A stretch of 64,000 nucleotides of DNA from assembly GCA_963788145.1 (NCBI GenBank), contig CAWBFQ010000003.1:219716-283715 (forward strand), written 5' to 3'. The DNA is from an uncultured Chloroflexia bacterium (GTDB lineage: Bacteria; Chloroflexota; Anaerolineae; Anaerolineales; UBA4823). The notes under the pieces are model-generated. The model was not told where the DNA came from. It worked only from the letters and a program-made list of their open reading frames with translations, and made no database searches. A program made the position numbers and the translations under genes. Below, in pieces: positions 58,496-64,000 of this stretch; positions within the stretch are counted from its first letter, which is position 1, and the number at the start of each line of letters is the position of its first letter.

Positions 58496-59932
58496 TCAAA
58501 TCACGGCAGCGCCGGGATCACGACTGAGATAACGGCCCATGCCAGGTTTTCCCAGCCATTGCTCCCCATCAACAATGAGTTGACCGCGGAGGAAAACTTT
58601 CTCCGGGTAGCCGGTTAATTCCCAGCCTTCAAACAAGTTGTAATCCGTGCGATGTTGGGCGTGAGAGACGCCGTATGTCAGGCGCCGATTGGGATCCCAA
58701 ATCACCAGGTCAGCATCCGCGCCGGGGAGCAAACTGCCCTTGCGCGGATAAAGGCCGAAGATCTTAGCTGGGTTGGTGCTTGTGAGAGCTACAAATTGAT
58801 TGGCGCTGATTCGTCCAGCGCGCACACCATATGTCCACAATACAGGCAGCCGGTCGCCAATACCGGGAAGACCATTCGGGATTTTTGTAAAGTCATCCCT
58901 CCCCAGTTCTTTCCCAGGGATGGCGATCATCTTGCCTTCGTAGCGTATCGGTTGAGACCCATTAAAGAAAAATGGGCAATGGTCGGTTGCGATCACCTGT
59001 AAGATGCCTTCTTCAAGTCCATGCCATAAACGCTCGTTATCGGCGCTGGTCCGCATCGGTGGAGAACATATCCATTTTGCCCCATCCTGTCGTTTGAGGT
59101 TTTCGATAGAAAAAAATAGATACTGCGGACAGGTCTCTCCCATCACCGGCAGACCATGTTGGCGGGCGTAGCTTAATTGATCCACCTCACCAGCGACGTT
59201 CATGTGAACGACATAAAGCGGTGCGTGCGCCTGGGCAGCGATGGCGGCGGCTCGTAGTGTGGCTTCGACTGCTCCCCAGGCCGGGCGAGTGTATGCATGC
59301 CACTCCGGGGTCTTATATCCCGACGATATCGCTTCTGCTGTCAGGATATCGATCACATCGCCGTTTTCGGCGTGAACCATGGTTAGTAAACCCTGGTTGC
59401 GCGCAATCCGCATAGCCCGGAAAATCTCTCCATCAGACAGGCGCAAACGATTGTTATAGGCAGTGAAAACCTTGATGGTTGTGATGCCCCATTCGGGAAG
59501 GTGTGAAATCTCTGCCTCCACATTTTCATCCCAGTGGGTCAAATTCATATGAAAACCAAAATCAACCGCGGCTTTGGGATCTGCCTTTGTATGCCACAGC
59601 TCAATCGATTCTTTCAAGGTTGGTGTATCTTGAGGCACAAAGTCAATCACGGTAGTCGTCCCACCAAAGGCAGCTGCTTTGTGACCGGTGTAATGGTCGT
59701 CAGATGAAACTGTCCCAAACATAGGCAAATCGAAGTGGGTATGCGGGTCGACCCCACCCGGGAGAATGAGTTTGCCGGAGGCGTCTATCTGATGCAGCTC
59801 ACTTCTTTCGTGCAATTCGGATAAATGTAGATTATGTCCTATCGCGGAGATCTTCTCTCCATCGATCAGGATATCTGCTTCATAAGTTTCTGCTGCAGTG
59901 ATCAGCATGCCATTCTTAATCAGAGTGAACAT
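58496..59932 (-). CDS. Dihydropyrimidinase / D-hydantoinase
   Basis: 478 aa. Motifs seen are ILPGGVDPHTHFDLP, GGTTTVIDF, IKVFTAY, VHAENG and IATDHCPF. Confidence 0.85.
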   Translation of the reverse strand: MFTLIKNGMLITAAETYEADILIDGEKISAIGHNLHLSELHERSELHQIDASGKLILPGGVDPHTHFDLPMFGTVSSDDHYTGHKAAAFGGTTTVIDFVPQDTPTLKESIELWHTKADPKAAVDFGFHMNLTHWDENVEAEISHLPEWGITTIKVFTAYNNRLRLSDGEIFRAMRIARNQGLLTMVHAENGDVIDILTAEAISSGYKTPEWHAYTRPAWGAVEATLRAAAIAAQAHAPLYVVHMNVAGEVDQLSYARQHGLPVMGETCPQYLFFSIENLKRQDGAKWICSPPMRTSADNERLWHGLEEGILQVIATDHCPFFFNGSQPIRYEGKMIAIPGKELGRDDFTKIPNGLPGIGDRLPVLWTYGVRAGRISANQFVALTSTNPAKIFGLYPRKGSLLPGADADLVIWDPNRRLTYGVSHAQHRTDYNLFEGWELTGYPEKVFLRGQLIVDGEQWLGKPGMGRYLSRDPGAAVI

Positions 59933-59938
59933 GGTATC

Positions 59939-60283
59939 TTATCCCTTGTCTTCCAGAGGTTGAAAGCCATACCCTAACACCTCAGTCGCAGGCATCACGA
60001 TCACAAAAGCCTTTGGGTCAACTTCAGCCACAAGCGATTTGAGGTGAGGAATCTCAGTCAGCGTGAGTGCACAGAGCAAGATCGGATGATTTGCTCCAGT
60101 GAACATACCCTTTCCTGTCAGGGCGGTCACGCCGCGCCCCATATCTTTGATAATCCGATTGGAGACTGCATCTTGCAAATCTGTGATGATCATTGTGAGC
60201 AATTGCGGACGACGGTGGCTTGGGCGGAACCAGGCGGTTTTCTTGCGTTTTCCACTGATGGCATCAGCAATGGCGTTGCCCAT
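59939..60283 (-). CDS. DUF2179-type domain protein (YitT C-terminal-like)
   Basis: 114 aa. The sequence ...DMGRGVTALTGKGMFTGANHPILLCALTLTEIPHLKSLVAEVDPKAFVIVMPATEVLGYGF resembles the YitT C-terminal domain. The YitT membrane part is absent. Confidence 0.5.
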   Translation of the reverse strand: MGNAIADAISGKRKKTAWFRPSHRRPQLLTMIITDLQDAVSNRIIKDMGRGVTALTGKGMFTGANHPILLCALTLTEIPHLKSLVAEVDPKAFVIVMPATEVLGYGFQPLEDKG

Positions 60284-61043
60284 ATCTGCCCCAAATCTGG
60301 GTAGAACTTCGCCAGAAGAATCTTGTAATCGAACCGACAGGATGCTGATTAAAGAGGATTACTACGCAAAAAAAGACTGCCATCGAAAGGATTACAACTC
60401 CGCTGATGTTGCCGATTGCAGCTCGCTCGATCAGCGCATCAAACGAATTCGCAGGCGCGGGCAATAACCACAGCTTTGCCAGCCAGGCTGCGCCTACAAT
60501 CCCATAAATATAGAGATAGTTGCGTCGCAAACGACGTCCAGCTGCCTCCAGATGCGAGATCGGAAAACTCGGGTGCAACAGACTTTCTGATAGAGTCTCA
60601 GCCCAATCTGGGGATGGGTGGAAGGGTGGCACCAGCATAGGTGCAAAAAAATCCGTTTCCATCAAGCGAACGCGATAACTCCATAATTCATAATAGCGAT
60701 AGCGGCGCGTTTCGATAGCCAGAAAGATGGTGACCAGTAAGATATTGAGCAAGATGACAAAATGGCTGCCGGTTTGAGTGAATGCATACGATATGGCTGC
60801 TCCAGTTGTAATTACTGCCCAATTCGTTGTGGCATCCAAACGCGTCCGCCAGACGTTTGCTCGCGTCACCTCAGCCCGAAAGAAATGTACCATTGCAGTG
60901 GTAAATTCGCTGGCTTTTAATCGATACCCTCGAAAGGACCAGACAAACTCACTATCCGAATCAGGGATATCACCTTCTGGAGGTGGTGCGCCAGGGTTTT
61001 TAGTCGATTTGAAAGGGGATGGATGATCTGATTGGGTATTCAT
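60264..61043 (-). CDS. DUF2270-like integral membrane protein
   Basis: ORF track 60264..61088. I prefer ATG 61043. The blocks FFRAEVTRANVWRTRLDATTNWAVITTGA and IETRRYRYYELWSYRVRLMETDFF are as I recall for DUF2270. Confidence 0.5.
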   Translation of the reverse strand: MNTQSDHPSPFKSTKNPGAPPPEGDIPDSDSEFVWSFRGYRLKASEFTTAMVHFFRAEVTRANVWRTRLDATTNWAVITTGAAISYAFTQTGSHFVILLNILLVTIFLAIETRRYRYYELWSYRVRLMETDFFAPMLVPPFHPSPDWAETLSESLLHPSFPISHLEAAGRRLRRNYLYIYGIVGAAWLAKLWLLPAPANSFDALIERAAIGNISGVVILSMAVFFCVVILFNQHPVGSITRFFWRSSTQIWGRYGQRHC

Positions 61044-61119
61044 GCAGGTTCCGAATGCAGTTTGATAAATCAAGTCTACCACAACCAACGATCATTCGGT
61101 TTGTTGTCTTCACTCTGGC

Positions 61120-62946
61120 TTAATAGAATGGCCAGAAGACTGGCAATAAGGAGATAACGACAATGAAAAGCAGCAGACTCAACGGCACACCGATCTTCAA
61201 ATAATCTCGGAACTTGTATCCCCCTGGACCCATCACCAGGATATTCACCGGATGACCTAATGGAGTCATGAACGCCATTGATGTCGCGATGGCTACTCCC
61301 ATAGCAAATGATCTCGGATCGACACGTGTGAGGGTCGTGATTTCGATTGCAATCGGGGCCATAATCGCTGCAACCGCTGCGCCACTCATTGCCTGGGTAA
61401 ATAAAGTGACGATAATGAACAAGGTAGCCAGCGTGACAATAGGTAGCGCATTTCCCAGCAGCAAATAAAGTTGGTCTGCCAGTAGAGATGCAGCCCCGGT
61501 TTTAGTTAATGCAACCCCCATCGGGAGCATGCCTGCAACCAGGAAAATACTCCTCCAATCAATTGCTTGGTATGCCTGATCCATGGTGATGATTCCGAAC
61601 AACACCATGAGAATAGCACCCGCGAACATGACTTCGCCAACCGACCCAAACTCGGTTATCCCCATGATCAGGCTTGCCAGAAGGATGAGGATAGCCAAGT
61701 TGGCTTTCAGTGGATCTTTAATTCGTTCAAGTTGTTTATTTGCCAGGACGATCAGGTCGGGATCGGATTGGAGCAGGCGCAATTGACTGGGCGCCCCTTG
61801 GATTAGGAGAGTATCCCCAAATTGTAGGATTAGGTCTGTTAATCGTGTTCGGATTGGTGTTCCTGCACGCCAGATCGCGAGTACATTCGTATTGAATTTC
61901 TCGCGGAACATAATGCTTTTTAAGTTTTTTCCTATCATTTGTGAGCGAGGCGCTAACACCGCTTCAAACAGGATGCTACCACTCGATTCAGGGATTTGAG
62001 CAGTCTCAGAGCTATCTGTTAATATTTGTAATATCTTCTGGAGTGATGGATTAGAAAAGTCTTCCGGGCGTCCTTCAAGCAATAAAACATCCGACGATTG
62101 AAAAACGTGAATTGGCGAGGGCGGCATCATAATCTTTGATCGACGCTTGACTGCGATCAGATTCAAATGAAAGCTCTCGCGGAGCTGGCTTTTATCCAAT
62201 GGTACTCCGACCAGGGGAGACATCGGATTGACAATCGCCAGAGTAAGCCGCTCTCCTAATCGATATACCCCAGGTAGTCCTGATTCTGGCAACTGAATGC
62301 CTTCGAAATATTGACCGATAGAATTGGCTGGTAGAGTTTTTCTCCCGAAGATCACGATATACAGTGTGCCGGCTATGACGATGGGGATCCCCAATGGAGC
62401 AAAATCCAAAAGTCCAAAACCCTGCAGTCCGCGATCTCTCAACAGACTGTTCACGATAATATTCATGGTCGTCAACAGAGTCGCCGTGCCGCCAAGAATT
62501 GTCCCGAATGCAAGCGGGATGAGCAGCTTGGATGGCTTGACTTTCGACTTCTCAGAAGCCCCCATCACTGCCGGAAGTAACACGGAAGCGGCTGCGATAT
62601 TATTCATGAATAAAGACAGAAGAGCACCTGAGAGGATCACCACAGTCGTAAGGCGTTTTTCTGTTGAGCCTGCAATCCGGATCAGGAACCAGCCAATTTT
62701 TTCGGTAACCCCAGTCCGCCGCAGCCCCTCAGCCATGATAAAAATGCCGATTAGTGTAAATATAGCCGACCGACTGAAGCCGGAGAATGTCTCCTGAGGG
62801 GTCAAGATTTGTGCAATCCCCAGAGAGAGAGCAACGCTGATAGCGATCAGATCGGGCCTGATACGATCGCTGAGGAATAAAATAATTGAAACGATCAGAA
62901 TGCCTAATGTGATAATTAAAGAAATATTCATTAAGTAACTAATCAA
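61120..62946 (-). CDS. SLC13/DASS-family permease with two central TrkA-C (RCK_C) domains
   Basis: 608 aa. An N-terminal and a C-terminal transporter half (...FSGFSRSAIFTLIGIFIMAEGLRRTGV...) flank about 180 aa of soluble sequence. Confidence 0.7.
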   Translation of the reverse strand: MISYLMNISLIITLGILIVSIILFLSDRIRPDLIAISVALSLGIAQILTPQETFSGFSRSAIFTLIGIFIMAEGLRRTGVTEKIGWFLIRIAGSTEKRLTTVVILSGALLSLFMNNIAAASVLLPAVMGASEKSKVKPSKLLIPLAFGTILGGTATLLTTMNIIVNSLLRDRGLQGFGLLDFAPLGIPIVIAGTLYIVIFGRKTLPANSIGQYFEGIQLPESGLPGVYRLGERLTLAIVNPMSPLVGVPLDKSQLRESFHLNLIAVKRRSKIMMPPSPIHVFQSSDVLLLEGRPEDFSNPSLQKILQILTDSSETAQIPESSGSILFEAVLAPRSQMIGKNLKSIMFREKFNTNVLAIWRAGTPIRTRLTDLILQFGDTLLIQGAPSQLRLLQSDPDLIVLANKQLERIKDPLKANLAILILLASLIMGITEFGSVGEVMFAGAILMVLFGIITMDQAYQAIDWRSIFLVAGMLPMGVALTKTGAASLLADQLYLLLGNALPIVTLATLFIIVTLFTQAMSGAAVAAIMAPIAIEITTLTRVDPRSFAMGVAIATSMAFMTPLGHPVNILVMGPGGYKFRDYLKIGVPLSLLLFIVVISLLPVFWPFY

Positions 62947-62957
62947 CTCATCAATCG

Positions 62958-63524
62958 TCAGATGTCTATAATGCCCAACAGCGTTGCCAATAAAACCGGG
63001 TCAATATCCAACTCTGGAATTTCCTGGACTTGATATTGCTGGTCCTGATCGGTCCGCTCTCGCAAGGCTTTCCACAACACCTGGCGTTCCTCCGCTGGGA
63101 CGATCAGATCATTAATTGACCGGGCTTCCAGCAAATATTCTCCGGTTGTATAAAAAAATGTAATTCTGCGCCAGGAGCCAGCCGGGATAGGTTTTACCAA
63201 TCGGATGAGCGGCCCAATTTGGATTTTATAATATTCCCGCTGCGCGTGCGGATGGTCTGGCTCGTCGTGAAGCAATTCCAGCCGGGTGGTTAATTCATGC
63301 CCCATTACTGGAGCCAGGTATTCGATCCGCTGTTTCTGCTCGCCAAAAGCAGCGGTTTGATAAAAAGCCAGGAAATCCACCGCAACCACTTTCGGAGCTG
63401 ATCGAAAGGGAATTCGATACCAGCCCAGCAAGCGCGCAATTTCCAGATCGCGTGGGTCGTTGATGACTGCAACCAGGATCAGGGATGAAGAATTGGGATA
63501 TGGATCGTCCATTATGTGGGGCAT
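62958..63524 (-). CDS. Hypothetical protein directly downstream of the SNF2 helicase gene
   Basis: 188 aa and soluble. I recognise no motif. Confidence 0.5.
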   Translation of the reverse strand: MPHIMDDPYPNSSSLILVAVINDPRDLEIARLLGWYRIPFRSAPKVVAVDFLAFYQTAAFGEQKQRIEYLAPVMGHELTTRLELLHDEPDHPHAQREYYKIQIGPLIRLVKPIPAGSWRRITFFYTTGEYLLEARSINDLIVPAEERQVLWKALRERTDQDQQYQVQEIPELDIDPVLLATLLGIIDI

Positions 63525-63560
63525 TATACTAACTGAACAGGATTTTTATATCTTCGATCG

Positions 63561-64000
63561 TCAACTCCTTAAGAAGGAGCTTTCTGTAGTAATGATCTGA
63601 TCGACCAGATTGCGTTTGCGTTCTTGCAGTAAGAGGATCTTTTCTTCCACCGAATCGCGCGTGATCAATTTAAACACAAAAACTGGCTTTTCTTGTCCAA
63701 TCCGATGAGTGCGATCCGAAGCCTGCATTTCAACTGCCGGGTTCCACCAGGGGTCAATATGAATGACATAATCGGCTGCAGTCAGGTTAAGCCCCAGACC
63801 GCCCGCTTTCAAGCTGATTAAGAAGAACGGAATGCTCAGGTCGCTTTGGAACGCGTCTACTTGATCCTGGCGAGCCTGAGTTTGCCCGTCCAGGTAGCTG
63901 TATGGATAACCCTTCTCGTCGACTGCACCTCGGACCAGGTTGAGCATCTGTACAAATTGAGAAAATATCAAAACCTTATGGTCTTCGGCTTTGAGCGTCT
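63561..64000 (-). CDS. SNF2-family helicase, C-terminal part only (the 5' end lies outside the window)
   Basis: Helicase_C motifs are FSQF, FLISLKAGGLGLNLTAADYVIHIDPWWNPAVEMQASDRTHRIGQ and VFKLITRDSVEEKI. Confidence 0.8.
   Translation of the reverse strand, partial: TLKAEDHKVLIFSQFVQMLNLVRGAVDEKGYPYSYLDGQTQARQDQVDAFQSDLSIPFFLISLKAGGLGLNLTAADYVIHIDPWWNPAVEMQASDRTHRIGQEKPVFVFKLITRDSVEEKILLLQERKRNLVDQIITTESSFLRS

Noticed and set aside
59939-61043. DUF2270 and DUF2179 ORFs as one frameshifted gene
   Set aside because: The two families are not known to me as a fusion. The 20-nt overlap is compatible with two separate genes. The upstream extension of the DUF2179 frame shows no YitT-like membrane sequence.
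1-64000. CRISPR arrays, rRNA and tRNA genes (including a tRNA-Sec next to selB)
   Set aside because: I saw no regularly spaced direct repeats other than the two copies inside selB. I found no T-loop-like GGTTCGAAT-type sequence. The intergenic gaps next to selB (22 and 69 nt) are too short for a roughly 95-nt tRNA-Sec.

Overview
This is a dense, mostly minus-strand chromosomal segment with about 46 protein genes. I saw no rRNA, tRNA or CRISPR array. Gene content (FHA-kinases with DUF11 and thrombospondin-type repeats, GT-C membrane proteins) suggests a Chloroflexota/Anaerolineae-like bacterium, but that is inference only.

Housekeeping content:
- gatC-gatA-[745-aa membrane protein]-gatB, rplS, murI, parA-parB and selB.
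- A three-part biotin-dependent acyl-CoA carboxylase, an acyl-CoA dehydrogenase and a dihydropyrimidinase.
- A cluster of FGGY kinase, glpD, an AGPS-like flavoprotein, a FadR-type regulator and a GMC oxidoreductase.

Accessory or unusual content:
- One intact IS4-family element with 19-bp inverted repeats and an 8-bp target duplication, sitting in a roughly 50-bp divergent promoter region.
- Two tandem receptor-like Ser/Thr kinase paralogues, one canonical and one with degenerate catalytic residues.
- A 1079-aa ORF that reads DUF11 surface repeats, an LPGTG sorting signal and a sortase domain as one protein.
- selB carrying two in-frame copies of a 38-bp palindromic repeat.
- An orphan complex-I/Mrp antiporter-like membrane gene set.
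- An MrfA/YprA-like helicase with an HNH insert, and a tandem pair of AlaDH/PNT-like paralogues.

Major caveat: I count at least 17 reading-frame breaks plus one in-frame TGA. They hit essential single-copy genes (rplS, gatC), and many lie at mononucleotide runs. Most 'pseudogene' calls below are therefore more likely assembly indels than real gene decay.
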